DNA from: an uncultured Candidatus Binatia bacterium
GTDB taxonomy: Bacteria > Desulfobacterota > Binatia > UBA9968 > JAJDTQ01
NCBI GenBank assembly: GCA_964291295.2
Contig: OZ219754.1
Span: 1,920,001 to 1,984,000 of the forward strand
Direction of reading: 5' to 3'
DNA length: 64,000 bases
Numbering within the stretch: the stretch's first letter is position 1; each line of letters begins with the position of its first letter. Both the position numbers and the translations under genes were made by a program. This document shows positions 47,619 through 56,910 of this stretch, one piece after another. The notes beneath the pieces are model-generated. The model was not told where the DNA came from. It saw only the letters and a list, made by a program, of their open reading frames with translations, and did not search any database.

Positions 47619-49370
47619 ATGGCGAGGGTTTCAACGGACGGGCGCATTGCGGATACGGCCCGGGACACGCTGGTGCGGAAGAGCCGTGACGCGGACGTGG
47701 TCTCCGGCGGGCATCTGGTGGCCGCGGCCCTGAAGAACGAAGGCGTGGACACGATCTTCACCCTGTGCGGCGGTCATATCATCGATATCTATGACGGCTG
47801 TATCGACCATGGAATCCGCGTGGTGGATGTGCGTCACGAGCAGGTGGCGGCCCACGCGGCGGACGGCTATGCCCGGCAGACCGGGCGGCTGGGCTGTGTG
47901 GTGACCACCGCCGGGCCGGGTTTCACCAACGCGCTCACGGGCATCGCCACGGCGTTTCGGTCGGAGAGTCCGGTGCTTCACATCGGCGGACAGGGGGCGC
48001 TGACCCAACACAAGATGGGTTCGCTGCAGGATCTGCCGCACGTGGATGTCGCCGCCCCCATCACCAAGTTCTCGGCCAGCGTGCGTTCCACGGAGCGCAT
48101 CGCCGACATGGTGGCCATGGCGGCGCGCGAGTGCTTCGCGGGCGCGCGCGGTCCGAGCTACCTGGAGATCCCCCGGGACGTGCTCGACCGCGAGGTGCCG
48201 GCGCGCGACGTGGTGGTGCCGGCACGCGGCTGCTACCGCGCGTCCACCGGTTCCATCGGCGACCCCGCGGATGTCGAGAAGCTGGCGGCGTTGCTGATGA
48301 AGTCCGAGCGGCCCGCGGTGCTGCTGGGCACCCAGGTGTGGACCTGCCGGGGGCACGAGGCCGCGACCGCGCTGTTCAAGGTCCTCGACATTCCCTGCTA
48401 CATGAACGGCGCCGCCCGCGGCCTGCTGCCGCCCGGCGACCCCCACGGCTTCAATCGCACCCGCGGTGACGCCTTCCGCGAGGCCGATGTCATCGTCATC
48501 GTGGGCACACCCTTTGACTTCCGCATGGGTTACGGACGGCGGCTCCGCGCCGACGCCACCGTGGTCCACATCGATCTGGACTATCGCACGGTGGCGAAGA
48601 ACCGGGACGTGTCGCTCGGTCTGGTGGGCGACCCGGGGGCGATTCTCAAGGCGGTCCACGCCGCCATCGGAGAACGGCCGGACAACGGCGCCCGGGGCCG
48701 CGCTCGCTGGCTGGCGCATCTCCGCGCTCTGGAAGGCGAGCACGCCGCCCGGCTCATGCCCCTGTTCCGGTCCGACGCCAACCCCATCCATCCTTACCGG
48801 GTGGCCTGGGAACTCAACGAGTTCCTCACCGAAGACACCGTCTATATCGGCGACGGCGGCGATGTCGTCACCATCAGCGCCCAGGCGGTGGAGCCCCGGG
48901 CCCCCGGCAACTGGATGGACCCCGGCGCCCTCGGGTCGCTGGGTGTGGGCACGGGTTTCGCGCTCGCCGCCAAGCTGGTGAACCCGGAGAAGGAAGTGCT
49001 GTGCTACTACGGCGACGGCTCCTTCGGCATGACCGCCTTCGACATGGAGACCGCCAACCGGTTCGGCGCTCCTTACATCGCGGTCATCGGCAACAACTCG
49101 GCCATGAACCAGATCCGCTACGGCCAGCTCGCCAAGTACGGTGAAGAGCGCGGCAATGTCGGCAGCCTGCTCGGGGATGTGGATTTCTCGAAGTTTGCGG
49201 AAATGTTGGGTGGATACGGCGAGCGGGTCACCGATTGCCGCGAGATCGGGGCGGCGCTGCGGCGGGCGCGGGAGTCGGTGAAGACCTCCGGCAGGTCCGC
49301 CGTGGTCGATATCCGGGTGGACGCCGGCGAATGGGCGCCCGGCACCCGGCGCCAGACGATGTACAGGTAG
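47619..49370 (+). CDS. ThDP-dependent enzyme, oxalyl-CoA decarboxylase / 2-hydroxyacyl-CoA lyase-like
   Basis: 'RHEQVAAHAA', 'TAGPG', and the ThDP motif 'GDGSFG...GNNS'. Lies directly upstream of frc. Confidence 0.82.
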   Translation: MARVSTDGRIADTARDTLVRKSRDADVVSGGHLVAAALKNEGVDTIFTLCGGHIIDIYDGCIDHGIRVVDVRHEQVAAHAADGYARQTGRLGCVVTTAGPGFTNALTGIATAFRSESPVLHIGGQGALTQHKMGSLQDLPHVDVAAPITKFSASVRSTERIADMVAMAARECFAGARGPSYLEIPRDVLDREVPARDVVVPARGCYRASTGSIGDPADVEKLAALLMKSERPAVLLGTQVWTCRGHEAATALFKVLDIPCYMNGAARGLLPPGDPHGFNRTRGDAFREADVIVIVGTPFDFRMGYGRRLRADATVVHIDLDYRTVAKNRDVSLGLVGDPGAILKAVHAAIGERPDNGARGRARWLAHLRALEGEHAARLMPLFRSDANPIHPYRVAWELNEFLTEDTVYIGDGGDVVTISAQAVEPRAPGNWMDPGALGSLGVGTGFALAAKLVNPEKEVLCYYGDGSFGMTAFDMETANRFGAPYIAVIGNNSAMNQIRYGQLAKYGEERGNVGSLLGDVDFSKFAEMLGGYGERVTDCREIGAALRRARESVKTSGRSAVVDIRVDAGEWAPGTRRQTMYR

Positions 49371-49398
49371 CCCGGGATACCACCGGCCAGGGAACAAG

Positions 49399-50652
49399 AT
49401 GGACAAGGCACTCTCCGGCATCCGTATCCTGGACATGACCCACGTGCAGGCGGGGCCTGCGTCGAGCCAGCTCATGGGTTTCCTGGGCGCGGACGTGATC
49501 AAGCTCGAATCGCCCGCGGGCGATGCCACGCGCAGGCAACTCCGGGACATGCCCGGCGCCGACAGCCTCTACTTCACCATGCTGAACTGCAACAAGCGCT
49601 CCATCACGGTGAACCTCAAGAACCACCGCGGCAAGGAAGTGTTCACCCGGCTCGTCCAGAGCTGCGACGTGTTGCTGGAGAACTTCGGCCCGGGCGTGCT
49701 GGATCGTCTCGGGTTCGGCTGGGAGAAGGTGCACGAACTGAACCCCCGCCTGATCATGGGCTCCATCAAGGGGTTCGGCAGCCAGGGCCCCTACGCCGCC
49801 TTCAAGGCCTACGAGAACGTGGCCCAGGCCATGGGCGGCGCCATGAGCACCAGCGGCCTGTTCGATGGCCCGCCGGTGGTCACCGGCGCGCAGATCGGCG
49901 ACTCCGGAACCGGTGTCCACTTGCTGGCCGGCATCCTCGCGGCGCTGTTGCAGCGGGAACGCACCGGGCGCGGCCAGTACGTCGAGACCGCCATGATGGA
50001 CTGCGTCATGAATCTCTGCCGGGTGAAGTTTCGGGACCACCAGCGCATGGAGCGCGGTCCCCTGACCGAGTACTCGGTGCAGGAATTCGAGGACTTTACC
50101 CCCCGGGCCGGCAACGACTCCGGCGGCGGCCAGTTGGGCAACGCGATCCCGTGCAGGCCCGGCGGTGCCAACGACTACCTTTATGTGGTGGTGCAGGAAC
50201 ACGTGTGGGCCGCCCTGGCCAGACGTGTCGGCGGGGAGGTGCTGTCCGCGGACCCGCGGTTCGCCACCATCGACGCGCGGCGGGCCAACCAGGACGCCAT
50301 GTGGCGCCTGCTGGCGGAATTCGCCCGGAGCTACACCAAGTGGGAGCTGATGGACATCCTCAACGGCCTCGACGTTCCCTGCGGGCCGGTCATGAGCACC
50401 CGGGATCTGGCCGGTGACGCCCACGTCCGGCTCCGCGAGATGATGGTGGCGGTGGATCATCCCGAGCGCGGCACCTGGTACAACGTGGGGTGCCCCATCA
50501 AGCTTTCGGATTCGCCGGTGACGGTCCGGCGCTCGCCGCTGTTGGGCGAGCATACCGATGAGGTGCTGGGCGAAGTCCTGGGCTGTGGCAGGGACGAGAT
50601 CGCGCAGCTCCGGCGCGCCGGGGCGTTCACGCGTGAACCGCCGCCGGAGTGA
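49399..50652 (+). CDS. frc: Formyl-CoA transferase (class III CoA-transferase)
   Basis: 'THVQAGP', 'YFTMLNCNKRS', 'YENVAQ', catalytic Asp in 'IGDSGTG', glycine loop 'PRAGNDSGGGQ'. Confidence 0.93.
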   Translation: MDKALSGIRILDMTHVQAGPASSQLMGFLGADVIKLESPAGDATRRQLRDMPGADSLYFTMLNCNKRSITVNLKNHRGKEVFTRLVQSCDVLLENFGPGVLDRLGFGWEKVHELNPRLIMGSIKGFGSQGPYAAFKAYENVAQAMGGAMSTSGLFDGPPVVTGAQIGDSGTGVHLLAGILAALLQRERTGRGQYVETAMMDCVMNLCRVKFRDHQRMERGPLTEYSVQEFEDFTPRAGNDSGGGQLGNAIPCRPGGANDYLYVVVQEHVWAALARRVGGEVLSADPRFATIDARRANQDAMWRLLAEFARSYTKWELMDILNGLDVPCGPVMSTRDLAGDAHVRLREMMVAVDHPERGTWYNVGCPIKLSDSPVTVRRSPLLGEHTDEVLGEVLGCGRDEIAQLRRAGAFTREPPPE

Positions 50653-50690
50653 TTCCGGGACAACGGCAGCGCGGACGAGGAGGACAGGCC

Positions 50691-52835
50691 ATGCAGGCGG
50701 GAGCGAGTCGACAGGAGCAGGTGGGCGCGGTGCTGGATCGCGTGAAGTCCGCGGGCAGGACGGCGCTGTCCCTGGCGGAGTGCGGCGAGGTGCTGCGCGC
50801 CTACGGTGTGCCGCTGCCGCGGGAGGGCGTGGCCCACTCGGCTACGGAGGCCGCCGACCTGGCGGCGGACATCGGCTTTCCGGTGGTGATGAAGATCATC
50901 TCGGACGACATCCTGCACAAGACCGAGGCGGGCGGCGTGCGGTTGGGGGTGGCGGACCGGGAGCAGGCGGAGCGGGCGTATGGAACCCTGTTGAGCAACG
51001 CCCGTGCCTACAAGGCCGGCGCCGTCCTCGCCGGGGTCGAGGTGCAGGAGCAGGTCTCCCGCAAGGGCGTGGAGGTCATCGTCGGTGCGGTGACCGATCC
51101 GAGCTTCGGCAAGGTGGTGGCCTTCGGACTGGGGGGCGTGCTGGTGGAGGTCCTGCGCGACGTGACCTTCCGGCTGGCGCCGGCGGGTCGGGACGAGGCG
51201 CTTTCCATGCTGGACGGCGTCGCCGCGGCGGAAGTCCTTCGGGGCGTCCGGGGCGGTGCCGCGGTGAGCCGGGAGGCGGTTGCCGACATCATCGTCCGGG
51301 TGTCGGAACTGGCAAGCGACTTTCCCGAGATCCGCGAGGTGGACCTCAATCCGGTGCTGGCGGACGCCAGCGGCGCCACCGCGGTGGACAGCGTGATGAC
51401 CGTGGACTTCGCACCGCAACCGGCGCCTTGGCGTCCGTCCCGGGACGAGATCGTCTCGGCCATGCGGCGCATCATGAATCCCGGGGCGGTGGCGGTCATC
51501 GGCGCTTCGGAGGGCGAGGGGAAGATCGGCAACTCGGTGATGAAGAACATCCTCAACGGCGGTTACGACGGCGCCCTCTACCCCATCCATCCCAGGGCCG
51601 ACCAGATCCTGGGCCAGCGGTGTTACAAGAGCGTCAAGGACATCCCCGGCGATGTGGATGTGGCCATCTTCGCGGTGCCGGCCCGGTTGTGCGCCGCCGC
51701 CATGACCGAGGTGGGTGAGAAGGGCATCCCGGGCGCGGTGATGATCCCGTCGGGCTTTGCCGAGGTGGGCGAGAAGGAGTTGCAGGACGAACTGCTGGCC
51801 GAGGCGCGCAAGTACAACGTGCGCGTCATGGGTCCCAACATCTACGGCTTCTACTACACGCCGGCCAACCTCTGCGCCACGTTCTGCACGCCCTATGACG
51901 TCAAGGGCCCGGTGGCGCTGTCGTCCCAGAGCGGCGGCGTGGGCATGTCCATCATCGGCTTCAGCCGCTCCACCCGGCTGGGCGTCTCGGCCATCGTCGG
52001 TCTGGGCAACAAGGCGGACCTGGACGAGGACGACCTGCTCACCTACTTCGAGCAGGACGATCACACCCAGGTGGTGGCCATGCACGCCGAAGACCTGAAG
52101 GATGGCCGCAGCTTTTGCGAGGTGGCCCGCCGGGTGTCCCGGAAGAAGCCGGTGGTGATGCTCAAGGCGGGCCGCACGCGGCTCGGCGCCCGCGCCGCGG
52201 CGTCCCACACCGGCGCCTTGGCCGGCGACGACAAGGTCTACGACGACCTGCTGAAGGCCTGCGGCGTGGTCCGCGCCTATTCCCTCAACGACATGCTCCA
52301 GTTTGCCCGGGGTCTCTCGGTGCTGCCCGCTCCCAAGGGCGAGGAGGTCGTCATCATCACCGGCGCCGGCGGTTCCGGGGTGCTCCTGTCGGACGCGGTG
52401 GTGGCCAACGGGCTCTCTCTCATGAGGTTTCCCAAGGATCTGGATGAGGGTTTCAAGCAGTTCATTCCGCCCTTCGGCGCGTCGGGCAATCCCGTGGACA
52501 TCACCGGCGGCGAGCCCCCCGCCACCTACGAGCGGACCATCCGGTTCGGACTGGAGGACGAGCGCATCCACGCGCTGATCCTGGGCTACTGGCACACCAT
52601 CATCACGCCGCCGATGGTCTTCGCCGAGTTGTGTGCCCGGGTGGTGCAAGAGGGGCGCGACCGGGGCATCGACAAACCGGTGGTGGTGTCGCTGGTGGGC
52701 GACGTCCAGGTGGAGGAGGCCTCGGAGTACCTCTACGAAAGGGGCATCGTGGCTTGCCCGTACACCACCGAACTGCCGGTGGCGATCCTGGGGGCCAAGT
52801 ACCGCTGGGCCCGGGGCGCCGGGCTGCTGGGATAG
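50691..52835 (+). CDS. ADP-forming acyl-CoA synthetase (acetate-CoA ligase family, beta-alpha domain order)
   Basis: N-terminal ATP-grasp ('HKTEAGGV', 'DLNPV'), then CoA-binding ('VIGAS', 'GPN'), phospho-His 'ASHTGALAG', and 'NPVD'. Confidence 0.9.
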   Translation: MQAGASRQEQVGAVLDRVKSAGRTALSLAECGEVLRAYGVPLPREGVAHSATEAADLAADIGFPVVMKIISDDILHKTEAGGVRLGVADREQAERAYGTLLSNARAYKAGAVLAGVEVQEQVSRKGVEVIVGAVTDPSFGKVVAFGLGGVLVEVLRDVTFRLAPAGRDEALSMLDGVAAAEVLRGVRGGAAVSREAVADIIVRVSELASDFPEIREVDLNPVLADASGATAVDSVMTVDFAPQPAPWRPSRDEIVSAMRRIMNPGAVAVIGASEGEGKIGNSVMKNILNGGYDGALYPIHPRADQILGQRCYKSVKDIPGDVDVAIFAVPARLCAAAMTEVGEKGIPGAVMIPSGFAEVGEKELQDELLAEARKYNVRVMGPNIYGFYYTPANLCATFCTPYDVKGPVALSSQSGGVGMSIIGFSRSTRLGVSAIVGLGNKADLDEDDLLTYFEQDDHTQVVAMHAEDLKDGRSFCEVARRVSRKKPVVMLKAGRTRLGARAAASHTGALAGDDKVYDDLLKACGVVRAYSLNDMLQFARGLSVLPAPKGEEVVIITGAGGSGVLLSDAVVANGLSLMRFPKDLDEGFKQFIPPFGASGNPVDITGGEPPATYERTIRFGLEDERIHALILGYWHTIITPPMVFAELCARVVQEGRDRGIDKPVVVSLVGDVQVEEASEYLYERGIVACPYTTELPVAILGAKYRWARGAGLLG

Positions 52836-53059
52836 CACCGTGGCGGCCCGTGCTGGAACGGCCCGTCGCGCCGACGGGCGACGTCCTTTTGCGCCGGTTC
52901 CCGGAACGGTGCGGTCGCGTTTTCGAAGGCGTGCCCGAGCGCGTTGACGGCGTCGGGTCAGGCGGTGGACATAACGTTATCGGACAAGGGCCGCATCGTC
53001 TCCGGAGCCGTCTGCCGGGGAGGGCGGGCCGGACAGCCGCATCGGATCGGGGGTACACC

Positions 53060-54019
53060 ATGGAACGACTGCCGCGTGGGGCGAATTTTCAACGCAGCCT
53101 GATGTTATGGCAGATCGGGTTGCACATTGCCGGCGACCCGGATACGCCGTACTACGGCAACCGCGACATGTGCATCGCGGTGGGAAGCGGATCGGCGGAC
53201 AACTTCCGTCCCTGGCTGCGCATGTCCACGGGCTCACCCATCATCGCCCACGGCGTGGCCCGGGGAGACGTGGAGATGTCCATGGTCAACCCGTCGGCCT
53301 TTCTGACCCAGGCTTACCGGGGCACCGGGCTGTTCAAGGAGCCGCTGCCGCTTCGGGTGGTGGCGTGTTACCCGTCCTGGGACCGCTTCGTGTTCATGAT
53401 CCATCCGCGCACCGGCCTCACCGCGCTGTCGCAGATCAAGGAGCGGAAGTATCCGCTGCGGCTCTCCGTCCGTGAGGACGCCACCCACTCCACCCGGGTG
53501 TTGCTGGACCAGACCCTGGAGATCTACGGGTTCACGCTGGCCGACCTCGAATCCTGGGGCGGCAGCCTGCAACTCAACGGCGGCCCCGGCGACAAGCGCC
53601 GCATGGCGGCGCTCCGGGACGAGACGATCGACGCGGTCTTCGACGAAGGGCTGGTACTGTGGTTCGACGACGCGCTGTCGCGCGGCATGCGGCCCGTCAC
53701 GCCGGAAGCCTTCGCCATGGAGCGGCTCAACGCCCTGGGCTGGCGCACGGTGACCGTTCCGGCGGGGCGCTTCCCCCACCTGGAGGCGGATCACACCTGC
53801 CTCGACTATGGCGGCTGGCCCCTGTACACGCGCGCCTCGCTGCCGGATGAGGACGTCTACAAGGTGTGCGCGGCCTTGAAGGCGCGCCAGGACGCGATCT
53901 TCTGGGAGAGTTCGTTCACGGACATCGACCAGTTGTGGAAGGACACCGAGGCCACGCCCCTGGACGTGCCGCTGCACCCGGGAGCGGAGCGGTGGTGCAG
54001 GGAACAGGGCTACCGGTGA
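53060..54019 (+). CDS. TAXI/NMT1-like solute-binding-fold protein lacking an evident signal peptide
   Basis: 'GDVEMSMVNP', 'LRVVACYP..D', 'IDAVF', and C-terminal 'LPDEDVYKV' and 'PLHPGAERW', typical of TAXI receptors. Confidence 0.7.
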   Translation: MERLPRGANFQRSLMLWQIGLHIAGDPDTPYYGNRDMCIAVGSGSADNFRPWLRMSTGSPIIAHGVARGDVEMSMVNPSAFLTQAYRGTGLFKEPLPLRVVACYPSWDRFVFMIHPRTGLTALSQIKERKYPLRLSVREDATHSTRVLLDQTLEIYGFTLADLESWGGSLQLNGGPGDKRRMAALRDETIDAVFDEGLVLWFDDALSRGMRPVTPEAFAMERLNALGWRTVTVPAGRFPHLEADHTCLDYGGWPLYTRASLPDEDVYKVCAALKARQDAIFWESSFTDIDQLWKDTEATPLDVPLHPGAERWCREQGYR

Positions 54020-55506
54020 TGGATCTCCAGGCCCTCACCCTCGCCGAGGCGGCGCGGCGGATCGAGGCGCGGGAGCTCTCGCCGGTGGAGTTGACCCGGG
54101 CGCACCTGGAGCGGATCGACCGGCTGGACCCCGATCTCAACGCCTTCGTCACCCTGGCCCGGGAGACGGCCCTGGAGGAGGCGGCCCGGGCGGAGGCCGA
54201 CCTCGCCGCGGGCCGTTGGCGCGGCGCGCTGCACGGCATCCCGGTGGCCATCAAGGACAACCTTGCCACCGCCGGCGTGCGCACCACGGCCGGCTCGAAG
54301 CACCTGTCCGACTGGATCCCGAAGCAGGATGCGGCGGTGGTGGCGCGTCTCAGGCAGGCCGGGGCGGTGATCCTCGGCAAGACCAACATGCACGAATGGG
54401 CTGCCGGGTGCTCCACCATCAATCCGTTCTACGGCACCACCCGGAATCCCTGGGACAGGGACCGCGTCAGCGGCGGCTCCAGCGGCGGCTCGGCGGCCGC
54501 GGTGGCGGCGGGTCTGGCGCTGGGTTCCCTCGGCACCGACAACGCGGGCTCCGTGCGCAATCCGGCGTCCCTGTGCGGGGTGGTGGGCGTCAAGGCCACC
54601 TACGGCCGGGTGAGCCGGTTCGGCGGCGTCGCCGGCACCGGCGGCTATACGACGGATCACTTCGGCGTGTTTGCACGCACGGTGCGGGACAGCGCGCTGA
54701 TGCTGCAGGCCGTCGCCGGCTTCGACCGCAGGGACCCGCTGTCGAGTGACGAGGCGGTGCCGGACTTCGGTGCCCGCCTTGGCGAGGGGGTGGCGGGCCT
54801 TCGGATCGGCGTCGTCCGGGACTACTTCGACGCCTTGGCGGTGGACGAGGTCCGACAGGCGGCGGCCGCCGCGGTGGTGCTGCTGGAGTCCCTGGGAATG
54901 ACGGTACGGGAGTTGTCGGTGCCCGGCATCGAGCACATCCCCATGGTGCAACTGGTCACCGCGCGGGTGGAGAACCTCTCGCCGGCGGAGGAGCTCCTGC
55001 GCACCCGGCCGCGGGACTACAGCCCGGAGCTGCTGTACCGGCAGGTGCGCGCGCTGGCGCTTCCCGCCCACGCCTACGTCACCGCCCAACGCGTGCGCCG
55101 CCTCATCTGCGAGGCCTTCGACCAGGCCTTCGCGCAAGTGGATGTGATCGTGAGCCCGACGGTGAGCATGCCGGCGGAGACCATCGAGGAGTGCCGGCGG
55201 GGATACGTCGAAACCGCGGCGGGGCGGGTCGCGCTGTCGGATGCCCGCGGCACCCGCGGGACCCTCTGCACGATCCCGTTCAACGTGACCGGCGCACCCG
55301 CCGTCAGCCTGCCCTGCGGATTCTCGTCCCGGGGCCTCCCCATCGGGTTGCAGATCGCCGCCGCCCATTTCCAGGAGGCGGCGCTGTTTCAGGTGGCCCA
55401 CGCCTACGAGCAGGCGGCCGGATGGCATGGCCGGAGACCGCCCCTCGATGCGGCCCGGTCCCGCACGGTCGGGCCGTCCGACCGTGGTCACGCGGGCGCC
55501 GCCTGA
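54019..55506 (+). CDS. Amidase-signature family enzyme (GatA-like)
   Basis: 'IKDN', 'GKTNMHE', 'GGSSGGSAAAV', 'GTDNAGSVRNPAS': the Ser-cisSer-Lys triad is intact. Confidence 0.93.
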   Translation: MDLQALTLAEAARRIEARELSPVELTRAHLERIDRLDPDLNAFVTLARETALEEAARAEADLAAGRWRGALHGIPVAIKDNLATAGVRTTAGSKHLSDWIPKQDAAVVARLRQAGAVILGKTNMHEWAAGCSTINPFYGTTRNPWDRDRVSGGSSGGSAAAVAAGLALGSLGTDNAGSVRNPASLCGVVGVKATYGRVSRFGGVAGTGGYTTDHFGVFARTVRDSALMLQAVAGFDRRDPLSSDEAVPDFGARLGEGVAGLRIGVVRDYFDALAVDEVRQAAAAAVVLLESLGMTVRELSVPGIEHIPMVQLVTARVENLSPAEELLRTRPRDYSPELLYRQVRALALPAHAYVTAQRVRRLICEAFDQAFAQVDVIVSPTVSMPAETIEECRRGYVETAAGRVALSDARGTRGTLCTIPFNVTGAPAVSLPCGFSSRGLPIGLQIAAAHFQEAALFQVAHAYEQAAGWHGRRPPLDAARSRTVGPSDRGHAGAA

Positions 55507-55534
55507 TCGTCCGCGGTCACCGCCGGGAGGATTC

Positions 55535-56605
55535 GTGAGATATCGGGACGTCGGGGTGCTGGTCCACGACAGGGCGCGGGCGACCCCGGGCTACACGCTC
55601 ATCGTGCCGCAGTCGTCGCGCAAGGCCTACCTTGTCGGGATGCGTGGCGAGGTGCTGCACGAGTGGTCTTTCCCCCTGTGTCCGGGGAACTACGCCTACC
55701 TGCTGCCCAACGGCAATCTGCTCTGGTCGGGCCGCATGGACGAGGGGCCGCCCCTGCGGCGCGGCAAGGGCGGCCTGTTGCGGGAGTACACCTGGGACGG
55801 AGAGGTGGTCTGGGAGTACCGTGACCCGGCCCAGCACCACGACTTTCGACGGCGTCCCGACGGCAACACGATCTACATCGGCTGGGAGCCGGTGCCGGCG
55901 GAGGCCCGACACCGGATCAGGGGCGGCCAGCCCGGCAGCGAGCACGAGGGCGTCATCTACGGCGACTACGTGCGGGAAGTGTCACCCGCGGGCGACACGG
56001 TGTGGGAATGGCACGCCTGGCGGGAGCTGGACCTGGACCGATGGGAGCTCTGCCACTGCTGCGGCCGGGACGAGTTCGCTCATGCCAACGCCTGCTTCCC
56101 GCTGCCTGACGGCGGCGTGATGCTCAGCTTCCGGCGCCTGAACGCCATCATGATCATCGACCGCGAGACCTGCCAGGTGCGATGGTCCCATCAGGACGCC
56201 ACCTGGGGCCATCCACACGACTGCACGCTGCTGCCCAACGGCAACATCCTGCTTTTCGCCAACGGCGTCCACGGCCTGGACAATCCGTTCTCCCGCGTCA
56301 TCGAGCTCGATCCGAAGTCCGGCGAGACCGTCTGGCAGTACCGGGGCTCGCCCATCTGGACGTTCTTCAGCCCCAACATCAGCGGCGCCCAGCGTTTCGC
56401 CAACGGCAACACGCTTGTCTGCGAGGGCCAGATGGGACGGGCCTTCGAGGTCACCCGGGCGGGCGAGATCGTGTGGGAGTACATCTGCCCGTTCTTCGCG
56501 GACTACGAGGGCCGCGGCCCCGCCAACAGCATGTTCCGGGTCTACCGCTACGCGGCCGACTCACCGGAGATCGGCGGCCGGCTGGCGACCTCGGTGACCT
56601 GGTAG
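55535..56605 (+). CDS. Arylsulfate sulfotransferase (ASST)-like beta-propeller protein
   Basis: 'QHHDF', 'HANAC', 'HPHDC', repeated 'LPNGN.L', and 'SGAQRFANGNTLVCEG'. Confidence 0.78.
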   Translation: MRYRDVGVLVHDRARATPGYTLIVPQSSRKAYLVGMRGEVLHEWSFPLCPGNYAYLLPNGNLLWSGRMDEGPPLRRGKGGLLREYTWDGEVVWEYRDPAQHHDFRRRPDGNTIYIGWEPVPAEARHRIRGGQPGSEHEGVIYGDYVREVSPAGDTVWEWHAWRELDLDRWELCHCCGRDEFAHANACFPLPDGGVMLSFRRLNAIMIIDRETCQVRWSHQDATWGHPHDCTLLPNGNILLFANGVHGLDNPFSRVIELDPKSGETVWQYRGSPIWTFFSPNISGAQRFANGNTLVCEGQMGRAFEVTRAGEIVWEYICPFFADYEGRGPANSMFRVYRYAADSPEIGGRLATSVTW

Positions 56606-56910
56606 CGGTCACTTCCGACATCCTGAAGACCCGGTGAAGACTCGGCGTTCGTCACGCAGTCTCCCGGGGCGCGTGTGCCGCCCCATGACCGCCGTCCGTC
56701 CCTCCGGAAGTGCGGGAGCACGCCGCACGCGTACGCGGTCCCGGCCCGGATTCAGCCAGCGGCGCCTCTTGCCGGTCTCCCGGCGGGAAGGCGGGGGCGT
56801 GAGGTCCCGGGGCCGCGTTGTTTCCCGGTGAAGGGAGTGCTATAACGCGCCCACGATTTCGCGGGCGCGCCATTGCCCGCGGTCGTTCACTCGGAGAGGA
56901 ACCTTTCGCC

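Noticed and set aside
54019-55506. gatA of the Glu-tRNA amidotransferase
   Set aside because: No gatB or gatC adjacent; the context is catabolic.
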